NCBI GenBank assembly: GCA_002346475.1
Contig: DDZV01000044.1
Span: 4,295-68,294, forward strand
Length of the DNA stretch: 64,000 bases
Direction: 5' to 3'
From: Acidobacteria bacterium UBA2999
Lineage (GTDB): Bacteria > Acidobacteriota > Vicinamibacteria > Vicinamibacterales > UBA2999
Below the pieces are notes generated by a model. That model made no database searches and was not told the DNA's origin. It saw only the letters and a list, made by a program, of their open reading frames with translations. The translations under genes and the position numbers were made by a program. Position 1 is the first letter of the stretch. The number at the start of each line of letters is the position of its first letter. Below, in pieces: positions 27,516 to 39,243 of the stretch.

Positions 27516-28385
27516 TTGATGCGATTTATTCAGAAGGCAATCTTTGTTGGGCTATGTGTAGGGGTTTTGATGTCTACAAGTGTGCAAGCTCAGCAGAGAC
27601 CTTTAGTGACTGAAGATCCAGAGCCAGTTGGTGCTGGGCGTGTGTTGTTAGAAGCAGGGCTAGATTACAACCGAGATGTGCTCTTTCCAGTTTCTGGATT
27701 GACAGGTAATCTTACGAAGTTTCCTTTAATTGGAATCAGTTTTGGCGTTGGCTCCATTACTGAGATTCAGATTGATGGTGGCCTGCGGAACAGCCTCAGC
27801 ATTACGAACAGGGCTCAGGCTCCACTTTCCTCACTTGTAACTGCTACTGGAGACAAAACATCGAGCGTTGAGGACATTGTCATAGGAGCTAAAGTAAGAA
27901 TTGCTGGCGAAGGGATGGCACGGCCTAGTATCGGAGCAAGATTTGCAACTAGGTTGCCAAACGCATCAAATGAAAGTGGCATTGGGCTTGATACGATAGA
28001 TTTTTTTTCATCCCTTCTTCTAGGAAAGACAATTCAGTCAGTGCGTGTTGTTGGAAATATTGGGCTTGGAATTCTTAGCGATCCTACACAGGGGAATCGT
28101 CAAAATGATGTTTTAACCTACGGTGTGTCATTTGCGAGAGCATTAACTGATACCACAGAAATTGTAGGAGAAATAAATGGTCGGATTAGTACCCGCGAAG
28201 GAACTCCTCCACCGGGTACTGAATCACGTTCGGTCCTTCGTTTCGGTGGGCGTTATACGCGTGGGATGTTGAGAGTGGATGCCGGGCTTCTTCTTGGCCT
28301 CACATCTATGGCCAATATTTCCAATGGTGTTGGTTTTACAACTGGTTTCACATACGTTTTTAACAATTCACATCAACTTCCATAA
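27516..28385 (+). CDS. outer-membrane beta-barrel protein, function unknown
   Basis: Signal peptide ending VQAQQ, alternating-hydrophobicity strands, and C-terminal aromatic (GFTYVF). Confidence 0.5.
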   Translation: MMRFIQKAIFVGLCVGVLMSTSVQAQQRPLVTEDPEPVGAGRVLLEAGLDYNRDVLFPVSGLTGNLTKFPLIGISFGVGSITEIQIDGGLRNSLSITNRAQAPLSSLVTATGDKTSSVEDIVIGAKVRIAGEGMARPSIGARFATRLPNASNESGIGLDTIDFFSSLLLGKTIQSVRVVGNIGLGILSDPTQGNRQNDVLTYGVSFARALTDTTEIVGEINGRISTREGTPPPGTESRSVLRFGGRYTRGMLRVDAGLLLGLTSMANISNGVGFTTGFTYVFNNSHQLP

Positions 28386-29188
28386 TGCCAGTCCTTCCGA
28401 TAGTCAAAGCAGATGCTTATGGCAATGATTTTCTGCTCCTGGCGAAGGAGCATGCCTCAGCAGACATCAGGGGTCTAGTAAAGTTATTATGCGATCGTCA
28501 CAGAGGTCTTGGGGCGGACGGGCTTATTTTGTACAGCTTCAATAAGCAAACAGTGTCTATGGCCCTCTTCAATGCGGATGGCAGTTCTTCTGAGTTGTCT
28601 GGTAATGGTCTGCGTTGTCTTGCCGCTTTCGTATTACGAGGAAGGTTATTCGAAGGAAACGAATCAGAGTCAGTGGTTACCGTAGTTACCGATGCAGGAA
28701 CAAAAAGTCTTGAGCTTTTAAAGCAAGAGGGTGACAAATACTATTTCCGTGCTTCACTTGGTCTTCCAAAGAACGTCAGGCAGGTTGAGATATCTGTCTC
28801 GAATCGTTCTGTTCTTGCAACCGTATTGTCAGTTGGCAATCCGCAGTGTGTCGTGCTGGGGCCTCTTCCGGACAAGGAAACATTCAATGCACTCGCACCA
28901 GCATTATCAACGCATCAGGAATTTCCGGCTGGTACAAATGTGGAATTTGCTGAAGTTGAGAATCCAGGACGTGTGCGTATTTTGATCTGGGAACGTGGGG
29001 TAGGGGTCACTAGCTCATCCGGTACGGGGGCCTCTGCCTCTGCAGTCGCTGCTGCGATTTACGGAGGCGCGAAGCGGACGGTTGATGTAGTAGCGCCTGG
29101 GGGCACCCAGAATGTTGAATGGCGCGATGATGGCATCTACTTAAGTGGTTGGGCTGAAGTAACTTTTGAAGGAAGCTACGAAATTTAG
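28385..29188 (+). CDS. dapF: diaminopimelate epimerase
   Basis: GNDFLLL, NADGSSSELSGNGLRC, GNPQCV, and SGTGASA carrying the second catalytic region. TAATG overlap upstream. Confidence 0.9.
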   Translation: MPVLPIVKADAYGNDFLLLAKEHASADIRGLVKLLCDRHRGLGADGLILYSFNKQTVSMALFNADGSSSELSGNGLRCLAAFVLRGRLFEGNESESVVTVVTDAGTKSLELLKQEGDKYYFRASLGLPKNVRQVEISVSNRSVLATVLSVGNPQCVVLGPLPDKETFNALAPALSTHQEFPAGTNVEFAEVENPGRVRILIWERGVGVTSSSGTGASASAVAAAIYGGAKRTVDVVAPGGTQNVEWRDDGIYLSGWAEVTFEGSYEI

Positions 29189-29369
29189 TTTGACCAAGTT
29201 GCTTGTTGAATAATCTCTAGCTAGGCGATTTTCACGTATTCTAATTATCCAGAGTTGAATGCAGCTAGGCATATGTAGCATTAGCTGTATAGAAAGTAGA
29301 TTGTTTGTAGTGAGAAGTCTGCTGTGGTGGTTATAGAGAAGCTACGTGGTGGGCTAAGATGGATTTCTT

Positions 29370-30593
29370 ATGACTGTTCTCTATCTTGACTGTTTTTCAG
29401 GTGTGTCTGGTGATATGTTGCTTGGCGCTCTCATTGACGCCGGGGTGCCTCTTGCAGATATTAGGAAAGCATTGGGTTCATTGAGTGGCGATCCAGATGT
29501 TATTTGGACAGAGCAAGTGACAAGAACTGGAATATCTGCAACAAAATTTTGCGTTAAGGGTGAAGACCCTGTTCAAGACGACTCTTCTCATAAGCACGGT
29601 CATAGCCATGTACATACCCATCGGACTCTAGCTGAGATCAGCAAACTTATTGAGGAATCTGGCTTAACTGTAAAAGGAAAAGAGCGTGCAACGGCATTGT
29701 TTGGTCGGTTGGCTGACGTAGAAGCTTCGATTCATGGGACTTCACTAGAGAGCGTACATTTACACGAGGTCGGAGCACTTGATTCAATCATTGATATCGT
29801 TGGGGCGGTTTTTGCAATTGAGTCCCTTGGGGTTGATGAGGTCGTTTCGTCATCATTAAATCTTGGTAATGGGTCGGTTCAGTCTACACACGGGTTGTAC
29901 CCAGTGCCTGCACCAGCGACAGCGCGTTTGTTGACGAATGTACCTGTATATGGGAGCACTCGGCAGGCAGAGTTGGTTACTCCGACAGGCGCTCTTTTAG
30001 TTTCAGCGTATGCTGATCGCTATGGACCAGTCCCAGAAATGAAGATTCGTTCTGTAGGGTATGGTGCTGGTTCACGCGATTTTCCTGACACACCAAATGT
30101 TGTTCGGGTGTTAGTTGGTGAGAATGCAAGTGGAGTTAAGACTGAGAGTATCGTTGTAGTTGAGTGTGAAATTGATGATATGAACCCACAGATCTTCGGA
30201 GCATTGATGGATGAACTTCTGACGAAAGGTGCTCTAGATGTTTTTTATACCTCGGTACTAATGAAGAAAGGTAGACCAGGCACTCTGGTAAGTGTGATTG
30301 CTAATCAAAGTTGCCGAGAGGAAATAACTTCTCTTTTATTCAGGCAAACTACGACAATTGGTGTGCGGTATCGAGAAATGACCCGTGAATGTCTCACGAG
30401 AAAGAAAATAAATTTGTCTACTCCAGTGGGGGAGGTTCGTTTCAAAATATCCAGTCGAGGCAATGATGTTATGAATGTTTCCCCAGAATTTGATGACATA
30501 CGTTTAATTGCTGAGCGGGAGAATAAACCCATTAAAGATATTCACGCTATTGTTATGAAAGCATATCTGGACAGGGACAGGACTAAAGAATAA
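29370..30593 (+). CDS. larC: nickel-pincer cofactor biosynthesis protein LarC (DUF111)
   Basis: MTVLYLDCFSGVSGDMLLGALIDAGVP, His-rich HKHGHSHVHTH, and HLHEVGALDSIIDIVG. Confidence 0.85.
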   Translation: MTVLYLDCFSGVSGDMLLGALIDAGVPLADIRKALGSLSGDPDVIWTEQVTRTGISATKFCVKGEDPVQDDSSHKHGHSHVHTHRTLAEISKLIEESGLTVKGKERATALFGRLADVEASIHGTSLESVHLHEVGALDSIIDIVGAVFAIESLGVDEVVSSSLNLGNGSVQSTHGLYPVPAPATARLLTNVPVYGSTRQAELVTPTGALLVSAYADRYGPVPEMKIRSVGYGAGSRDFPDTPNVVRVLVGENASGVKTESIVVVECEIDDMNPQIFGALMDELLTKGALDVFYTSVLMKKGRPGTLVSVIANQSCREEITSLLFRQTTTIGVRYREMTRECLTRKKINLSTPVGEVRFKISSRGNDVMNVSPEFDDIRLIAERENKPIKDIHAIVMKAYLDRDRTKE

Positions 30594-30666
30594 GAGTTTG
30601 AATCATTTAATGGTATTGACTTTTCGCAGAAGGTAAATACCAAGTAGGAAAATAAATCTCAGAGAC

Positions 30667-32226
30667 ATGGCGCGTTTTTACCTCACAACTGCAATTGATT
30701 ACGTCAATAGTCGTCCACATCTTGGAACAGCTTACGAAAAGATTACAGCTGATGTGATTGCTCGTTACAAGCGTCTGTGTGGTATCGATACTCATTTTGT
30801 AATGGGGAACGATGAACATTCTCAAAATGTTTTTCGGCGAGCAATAGAGCTTGGTCTAGATCCTCATGAATACTGCAATCAAATGGAGAATGAATTTCGT
30901 GAGGTATGGGGAAAACTCGGCATCTCGTTTAATGATTTTATCCGTACAACTGAGTCGAGACATAAGGCTGCGGTACAGAAAATTGCCGAGACGTCGTTTC
31001 AAGTTGGTGATATATACGAGGGTTATTACGAGGGCTGGTATTGCATTTCATGCGAGGCATTCAAACAAGAAAAGGATCTTGTTGAGGGTAAATGTCCACT
31101 GCATGCAATGTTGTCTCCCGAGTGGATTCGTGAAAAGAATTATTTTTTTAAACTTTCTAAGTATCGCGAACGCTTACTAGCTCACTTTGAGCAAAACCCA
31201 AATTTCTTACAACCGAGCTCTCGTGCAAACGAGATTGTACAGTTGCTACGTGGAGGCCTTGAGGATATTTCTGTGAGTCGAGCAGGTCAATCCTGGGGTA
31301 TTCCATTACCGTTCGCTTCAGACAATGTTGTTTATGTTTGGTTTGATGCGCTGATTAATTATGCGTCGGCCGTTGGTTATGGTACGGATGGCGAGCGGTT
31401 TACTTCTTTGTGGCCAGCTGATTTACACATCGTCGGAAAAGATATTACGCGGTTTCATGCTGTTGTTTGGCCAGCGATGTTAATGAGTGCTGGGCTGGCT
31501 CTTCCACGACAGGTGTTTGGGCATGGCTGGGTAACCTTCGGTGGGCAACGTATGAGTAAATCGCTTGGATCGAGTGTCGACCCTATCGAAGTTTCAGAGC
31601 ATTTTGGGTCAGATCCTTTGCGATTGTATCTGGTCAAAGAGATTGTGTACGGAAATGACGGGGAGTTCACGTGGGATCGTTATATTGAGAGATACAACGT
31701 TGATCTGGCAAATAATTTAGGGAACTTGCTAAGTCGGCTAGCTGCAATGGTTGCTAAGTATAGTGACGGCCGTGTTTCAGCCAGCGGTGCTAGTGGGAAA
31801 CTGCCCAAAGTCGCTTCAGAAGTTTTAATCCGATACAAAGCTGGGATGGAAGCGTTGGCTTTGCATGAAGGCGCAGCTGCAGTCTTTCAATTAGTAGATG
31901 CTACCAATGAATTTATTGCTGAAACATCACCCTGGGTTCTGGCGAAACAGCCAGAAAACGCTGCAAAGCTAGCTTCTGTGCTATTTGATGTAGCGGAGGC
32001 GCTTCGCATTATCGGTGTTCTGCTAATTCCAATTATGCCAAGTGCGTCAGCTGAAATTCTCAGGAGAGTGGGAGAGACAACGCCACTTCACGATCTTAAA
32101 TTGGATGATGATGGATGTTGGCGTGCTAGTGGGTCTCGAAACATTGTAGCAGCTTCGCCTCTTTGGCCTAGGGCGAACAATCCAATTATTCAACCGGAAA
32201 TAAATGAATCCAAGGAGAAGTCCTAA
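30667..32226 (+). CDS. metG: methionine--tRNA ligase (catalytic/anticodon-binding part, no C-terminal tRNA-binding domain)
   Basis: HIGH-type PHLGTAY and KMSKS-type RMSKSLG. Confidence 0.93.
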   Translation: MARFYLTTAIDYVNSRPHLGTAYEKITADVIARYKRLCGIDTHFVMGNDEHSQNVFRRAIELGLDPHEYCNQMENEFREVWGKLGISFNDFIRTTESRHKAAVQKIAETSFQVGDIYEGYYEGWYCISCEAFKQEKDLVEGKCPLHAMLSPEWIREKNYFFKLSKYRERLLAHFEQNPNFLQPSSRANEIVQLLRGGLEDISVSRAGQSWGIPLPFASDNVVYVWFDALINYASAVGYGTDGERFTSLWPADLHIVGKDITRFHAVVWPAMLMSAGLALPRQVFGHGWVTFGGQRMSKSLGSSVDPIEVSEHFGSDPLRLYLVKEIVYGNDGEFTWDRYIERYNVDLANNLGNLLSRLAAMVAKYSDGRVSASGASGKLPKVASEVLIRYKAGMEALALHEGAAAVFQLVDATNEFIAETSPWVLAKQPENAAKLASVLFDVAEALRIIGVLLIPIMPSASAEILRRVGETTPLHDLKLDDDGCWRASGSRNIVAASPLWPRANNPIIQPEINESKEKS

Positions 32227-32621
32227 TGGAGGAAGATGCCCCCATTGAGCAGGAGAAGACGCCTAGTTTAACGACAGGTCCCACTGACGTTTCAAACTTG
32301 ATTTCTATCGACGATTTTATGAAGGTAGAACTACGAGTGGCTAAGGTGCTGACCGCAGAACCTATCCCAAAATCAAAAAAATTATTGAAACTCGTTGTTG
32401 ATACTGGAGATGGACAACGAACTATCATAGCGGGTATTGCTAGGGCATACCAACCAGAGGACGTCATTGGACGATCTGTAGTGATTGTATTTAATTTACA
32501 GCCAGCAAAATTGATGGGTGTGGAATCACAAGGAATGGTATTAGCTGCAAGTTCTGAAGGGGAACAACCAACATTGATTAGCGTTATTGGAGATGTGCCG
32601 TTGGGATCAAGAGTAAGATAA
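32226..32621 (+). CDS. stand-alone tRNA-binding (Trbp111/CsaA/MetRS-beta-like) OB-fold protein
   Basis: ISIDDFMKVELRVAKVLTAEPIPKSKKLLKLVVDTGDGQRTIIAGIA...PAKLMGVESQGMVLAA is the classic EMAP/Trbp111 pattern. TAATG overlap with metG. Confidence 0.85.
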   Translation: MEEDAPIEQEKTPSLTTGPTDVSNLISIDDFMKVELRVAKVLTAEPIPKSKKLLKLVVDTGDGQRTIIAGIARAYQPEDVIGRSVVIVFNLQPAKLMGVESQGMVLAASSEGEQPTLISVIGDVPLGSRVR

Positions 32622-32638
32622 ATTGTGAGATGTTGTGA

Positions 32639-33418
32639 ATGGTAGATTCCCATTGCCACCTTGCAGGTTCTGAATTTAGTCAAGACTTAGAAGAAGTTAT
32701 AAGTCGGGCCAAGGCTGCTGGGCTTAAAGGAGCGCTTGTTATTCTTGCTGCTGATAGTCCTGAGGAACTTGAAAGGGCCGCAGTAGTAGTAAAAGCTTGG
32801 CCGGATGTTCGATTTGCAATTGGAATTCATCCTCATGGTGCTCATCAGTATCAAAATAATCCAGACGCTGTAGAGAACACTGTGGATGCTGCGTTTGAAT
32901 CGGAACCTTGTGTACGTGCACTTGGAGAGATTGGTCTTGACTACCACTATAATTTTTCAACACCAGAAGTGCAGCAAGTTGTATTTCAACGACAGATTAG
33001 AATTGCTCGACGACGACGAGTTCCAATCGTAATTCACACTAGAGAAGCTGAAGACGACACTTTTCGTATTTTAGTAGAGGAATCTGCCGATGATGTAGGA
33101 GGGGTTTTTCACTGTTTTACTGGTCATCAGAAAATGGCTGTGCGAGCTCTTGATTTTGGCTTTCATATTTCTCTCGCCGGTATTGTTACTTTTCCAAAAT
33201 CTCTGGAATTGAGAGAGGTAGCTAAGATGGTTCCTCTTGATCGGTTACTCATTGAAACAGACTGTCCATATCTTGCTCCGGTACCACACCGTGGTAAGCG
33301 AAATGAACCAGCTCATGTAACTTACATCGCCGATATAATTGCTGAAGTAAAGGGTGTCAGCGCAGATCTTGTAGCGTCTGCAGCGCACGCAAACTTCACT
33401 CGACTTTTTACTCCGTAA
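32639..33418 (+). CDS. TatD-family metal-dependent hydrolase
   Basis: DSHCHL, GEIGLDYHY, IHTREA, FHCFTG, ETDCPYLAP. Confidence 0.9.
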   Translation: MVDSHCHLAGSEFSQDLEEVISRAKAAGLKGALVILAADSPEELERAAVVVKAWPDVRFAIGIHPHGAHQYQNNPDAVENTVDAAFESEPCVRALGEIGLDYHYNFSTPEVQQVVFQRQIRIARRRRVPIVIHTREAEDDTFRILVEESADDVGGVFHCFTGHQKMAVRALDFGFHISLAGIVTFPKSLELREVAKMVPLDRLLIETDCPYLAPVPHRGKRNEPAHVTYIADIIAEVKGVSADLVASAAHANFTRLFTP

Positions 33419-33494
33419 GTATAAGTAAAAAATAGGATTAGCTTCGCCATCCTCATTGATACTTTGTTCTGAATTATAATTTGATAGAACAGTT

Positions 33495-34499
33495 GTGAGT
33501 CCCACTTTGCAAAAAGCTTCGGTCGCTGCTCTAACGCAGATGTTTGAGCCAATCCGCGAAGATCTTCGCGAGGTTGACCGAGAGTTCGCGCGCCACGTTC
33601 AGTCTCAGGTTCAGTTAATTCCAAAAATGTGTAACTACATTCAGGACGGTGGTGGGAAACGTGTACGTCCTGCACTATTGCTTATGGCAGCACGTATGAG
33701 TGGTTATCAAGGAGAGGGCGCAGTTCTTTACGGATCTGTTGTGGAATTTATTCATACTGCGACACTTGTTCATGATGACATCATCGACGAGTCCGAATTA
33801 CGGCGTGGTCGACAAGCAGTCCATGCTAGATGGGGTAACGATATTACAGTGTTGCTAGGAGATTTCTTGTACATCAAGTCAATGTCTCTTGCCTTAACTC
33901 TGGATAGGTTAGAACTCATCAGGGTGTTGTGTGATGTGACCTTGCGTATGATTGAAGGCGAGTTATATCAGCTGACAAAGAGTGGTTCGGTTGATTTAAA
34001 GGAAGATGAACACTTCGATATTATTCGGAGAAAAACGGCGTATCTTTTTGCAGGGTCTGCGAAAATTGGTGGAATGCTAGGTTCGACAACTCAAGATCAG
34101 CAGGATGCTTTGTGGAATTATGGTTTAAATATTGGGATGTCTTTTCAGATTATCGATGATTTGCTTGATTTTACTGGTGAACCCGGCACGCTTGGAAAGC
34201 CTATTGGTGGTGACCTGTGTGAAGGCAAGGTAACACTTCCCATCATCAACCTTATGAGCAAGAGTGATCGCCATGCAGAAATTCTTGTACGTCGTATTGT
34301 AGAAGAAAAAACTGTAGCTCTTGAAGAGTGGCGCGATCTCCTCTCTCTTTTAAAGTCATACGATTCTATTGAGTATGCGTACAGCACAGCTGTAGATTTC
34401 GCCAACCGTGCAAAAGAAGCGCTTCATTGTTTTCCAGGTTCACCTGAGAGAGACGCTCTAGAAATGTTGCCTGACTACGTACTGTCAAGGGATCGATGA
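33495..34499 (+). CDS. polyprenyl diphosphate synthase (long-chain, IspB-like)
   Basis: First DDxxD block LVHDDIIDES and second block QIIDDLLD; GTG start. Confidence 0.85.
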   Translation: MSPTLQKASVAALTQMFEPIREDLREVDREFARHVQSQVQLIPKMCNYIQDGGGKRVRPALLLMAARMSGYQGEGAVLYGSVVEFIHTATLVHDDIIDESELRRGRQAVHARWGNDITVLLGDFLYIKSMSLALTLDRLELIRVLCDVTLRMIEGELYQLTKSGSVDLKEDEHFDIIRRKTAYLFAGSAKIGGMLGSTTQDQQDALWNYGLNIGMSFQIIDDLLDFTGEPGTLGKPIGGDLCEGKVTLPIINLMSKSDRHAEILVRRIVEEKTVALEEWRDLLSLLKSYDSIEYAYSTAVDFANRAKEALHCFPGSPERDALEMLPDYVLSRDR

Positions 34500-36656
<2,157 letters not shown>

Positions 36657-36696
36657 CTTGCTTAGTTAGGGTGGTCTTCGGGATAATCAGGGTGTC

Positions 36697-37155
36697 GCAG
36701 TTGACCAGACGGCCGCCGTTTCGTTTAACCGCGGTATGACACCGTGAAGTGAACGGGAGGGAGGAAAGTCCGAACTCCAAAGGGCAGTGCGCCGGGTAAT
36801 ACCCGGGCAGGGCAACCTGACGGAAAGTGGCACAGAAAACAAACCGCCGACGGCATGTCGGGTTGGGGTGCAACCACACCGCACTCGAACCCGGCATGCC
36901 AGCTGGTAAGGGTGAAAAGGTGCGGTAAAAGCGCACCGCATTTGTGGTAACACAGATGGCAGGCTAAACCCCGCACGGAGCAAGATCAAATAGGGTGGCG
37001 TTAATAGGACTGCTCGTCCAAGGCTACCGGGTAGGTCGCTTGAACCTGCGAGCAATCGTAGGGCTAGAGGAATGGTCGTCACGTCGGTTCGATCTGATGA
37101 GGGGAAACTCTTTTGGTATCGACCGTTGACAGGATTCGGCTTATAGGTCAACTGC
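36697..37155 (+). ncRNA. rnpB: RNase P RNA, bacterial type A
   Basis: P1 pairing GCAGTTGACC / GGTCAACTGC. Universal blocks GAGGAAAGTCCG, ACAGAAAACAAACCGCC, GGTAAGGGTGAAAAGGTGCGGTAAAAGCGCACC, AGCAAGATCAAATAGG and ACAGGATTCGGCTTATAGG are collinear with E. coli M1 RNA. A T-run follows. Confidence 0.93.
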
Positions 37156-37165
37156 GTTTTTTATC

Positions 37166-38110
37166 ATGTCACATTATCTAGTTACAGGCGGTGCCGGGTT
37201 CATTGGTTCTCATCTTGCAGAGGAACTTACGCGTCGGGGCTCGTCTGTTCGTATAGTTGATAATCTAGTGACTGGTAAGCGGGAAAATATAGAACACTTA
37301 CGTGAGGTTGAATTTATTGAGGGAGATTTAGCCGACTTTGATGTTGCTCGCCGAGCAGTTGCAGGTGTTGACTATGTGTTACACCAGGCAGCAATTCCAT
37401 CAGTACCGAGATCAGTAGTCGATCCACTTACGTCTCATCGAGCGAATGTTGATGCCTCAGTTAATATACTTGTGGCTTCACGTGATGCTGGAGTAAAGCG
37501 TTTAATTTATGCAGGTTCATCGTCGGCGTACGGCAATTCACTAACATTGCCAAAGATTGAAACTATGACTGGGGAGCCTCTTTCCCCGTACGCACTTCAG
37601 AAACTTGTAGCGGAACAGTATGCTCGATTGTTCACGCACCTTTATGGGTTTGAAACAGTAACTATTAGATATTTCAATGTTTTTGGCCCTCGGCAAGATC
37701 CTTCTTCACCTTATTCTGGAGTGATCTCTTTGTTTGTCAGCGCTTTATGCGAAGGGCATCAACCGACTATTTTTGGCGATGGTGAACAAACACGTGATTT
37801 TACTTACGTGAAGAATGTCGTAGATGCTGTGCTTGCTGCCTCAGAAGCACCTGAGATTAGTGGTGAGACAATTAATGTTGCTACGGGCAAACGTGTGTCT
37901 ATTAATCATTTATTTCGAACAGTTAGAGGGATGGTTAGCGCCAACCTTGAACCAAACTATGATGAAGCTCGTCAAGGAGACGTACGAGATTCCCAAGCTG
38001 ATATTTCAAAAGCAAGATTGATGCTTAACTATAGACCCTCTGTAGATTTTGAAGAGGGGCTTCGTCGAACCATTGATTGGCACCGTTCGACAGAAAATTT
38101 ACGTAGCTAG
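37166..38110 (+). CDS. NAD-dependent epimerase/dehydratase (extended SDR, UDP-sugar epimerase-like)
   Basis: TGGAGFIGSH and catalytic YxxxK (SPYALQK). Confidence 0.8.
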   Translation: MSHYLVTGGAGFIGSHLAEELTRRGSSVRIVDNLVTGKRENIEHLREVEFIEGDLADFDVARRAVAGVDYVLHQAAIPSVPRSVVDPLTSHRANVDASVNILVASRDAGVKRLIYAGSSSAYGNSLTLPKIETMTGEPLSPYALQKLVAEQYARLFTHLYGFETVTIRYFNVFGPRQDPSSPYSGVISLFVSALCEGHQPTIFGDGEQTRDFTYVKNVVDAVLAASEAPEISGETINVATGKRVSINHLFRTVRGMVSANLEPNYDEARQGDVRDSQADISKARLMLNYRPSVDFEEGLRRTIDWHRSTENLRS

Positions 38111-38115
38111 ATAGG

Positions 38116-39177
38116 TTAAGTCAGGCTTGTAAGTGTTACGTCAAGATTACGTGTATTACCTGGCGCCTGTTGCCACTGGACTAAGATGGGGCTCTGGTAG
38201 GTGCCTTCTACAAAGTCCGTTTTTCCATTAGAGTCCTGTTCTACCAGTAGGCTAGCTGACCGTTTCATGCGGAAAAATCGTGAAGTTGGGACAGCAAGTG
38301 TACGTGCAATAAGTTTTTCAAAAATTGAATTACGTAACCCCAGCGAATCAAAACTCGTATTAAGTAATCGAATAAAGTCGTATTTGGCATAGCCTAGTGC
38401 TTTTCCAGGTACTGCACGTGGATTTTCTAGCGCATTCCGGTACTTTTCAGCAGCGAATCGAAGTGGATTCCTGATTACTTCGGCAAGGTCATGCCGCATC
38501 AAGAGAGTTTCAAACTCGTTGACAGTTAGTCCAGCATGACGCTCAGTTTTACTGAGTGATAAAGTGAGTCGACCCTTTTTAATTCCTGCACGAGACAGAA
38601 GTTCTGAAAATTGTTCCTGAAGTCCAAGGCGAGGGTCTTTTAAATTAATCGAATCAATGGGGTGGCCAGACACTGGGACTGATACTTGTAGTTCTTTGAC
38701 TACAGTTTCACTTTGAAAACCAATGACTCTTGTTTGTCTCCGTCTTGGCCGACCATCCATAATTCCGTCAAGTTCGACAAAGTAAACTGGTTCATTAGGT
38801 CGGTTTGGATGAATGACACAGGAGCGAAGTCCTCCTGCAATGAATGCAAGGTGCGAGTCAGCATTCTTTGGTTCAATAGCGCGTTGGTCTGGATTTAAAT
38901 CTTCTCGACGTTCAAGGCGGTCATGTTCGTACCCAGCTCCTTCAGGAAACATAGTTCGAAGGACATTAATGTATGTTGGAACCTTTCCTGGGCTTAACCG
39001 GTTTGCAAGGCCTCGATCTAGGAATCCTGCTGTTGTGTGGGCAGACCAGTAGAGGCAATGTTGATAAGGAGCCAATGCATCACGATGTTCAATAGAAAAT
39101 AGGGATCGCAAGTCTAGAATTTCGTGGCGGGCGTTAGGGGCGATCTCAAGTGCTAGATCTGTTGGTTCAGCGGGCAT
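38116..39177 (-). CDS. tandem YjbQ/UPF0047-like protein (two repeats in one chain), function unknown
   Basis: N-half: YWSAHTTAGFLDR, LRTMFPEGAGYEHD and NADSHLAFIAGGLRS parallel E. coli YjbQ QHTSASLTLNE, VPDNGNYEHD and MPSHIKSSMLG (recalled from memory). C-half repeats the core as RHAGLTVNEFE and ends GTYQSPILVQWQ. Confidence 0.45.
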   Translation of the reverse strand: MPAEPTDLALEIAPNARHEILDLRSLFSIEHRDALAPYQHCLYWSAHTTAGFLDRGLANRLSPGKVPTYINVLRTMFPEGAGYEHDRLERREDLNPDQRAIEPKNADSHLAFIAGGLRSCVIHPNRPNEPVYFVELDGIMDGRPRRRQTRVIGFQSETVVKELQVSVPVSGHPIDSINLKDPRLGLQEQFSELLSRAGIKKGRLTLSLSKTERHAGLTVNEFETLLMRHDLAEVIRNPLRFAAEKYRNALENPRAVPGKALGYAKYDFIRLLNTSFDSLGLRNSIFEKLIARTLAVPTSRFFRMKRSASLLVEQDSNGKTDFVEGTYQSPILVQWQQAPGNTRNLDVTLTSLT

Positions 39178-39226
39178 GCACCTCTGCAGGGTTTTAGCTT
39201 GGTCGTTAGGTTAGCACAAAATATTT

Positions 39227-39243
39227 ATGAGAATAAGTCTCAT
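39227..39243. promoter_or_regulatory. Fur-family-like operator: ATGAGA-ATAAG-TCTCAT (7-1-7 reading TGAGAAT-A-AGTCTCA)
   Basis: Perfect 6-bp arms read directly. The layout resembles the Fur/PerR/Zur 7-1-7 box TGATAAT-N-ATTATCA. It sits in the divergent region between the YjbQ-like gene and bfr. Confidence 0.4.

Noticed and set aside
37081-37130. Extra ~48-nt hairpin in rnpB between the 3' strands of P2 and P4, where E. coli has only about 4 nt
   Set aside because: Its position matches the optional P19 helix known in some bacterial RNase P RNAs, so this is ordinary lineage variation rather than an insertion element.
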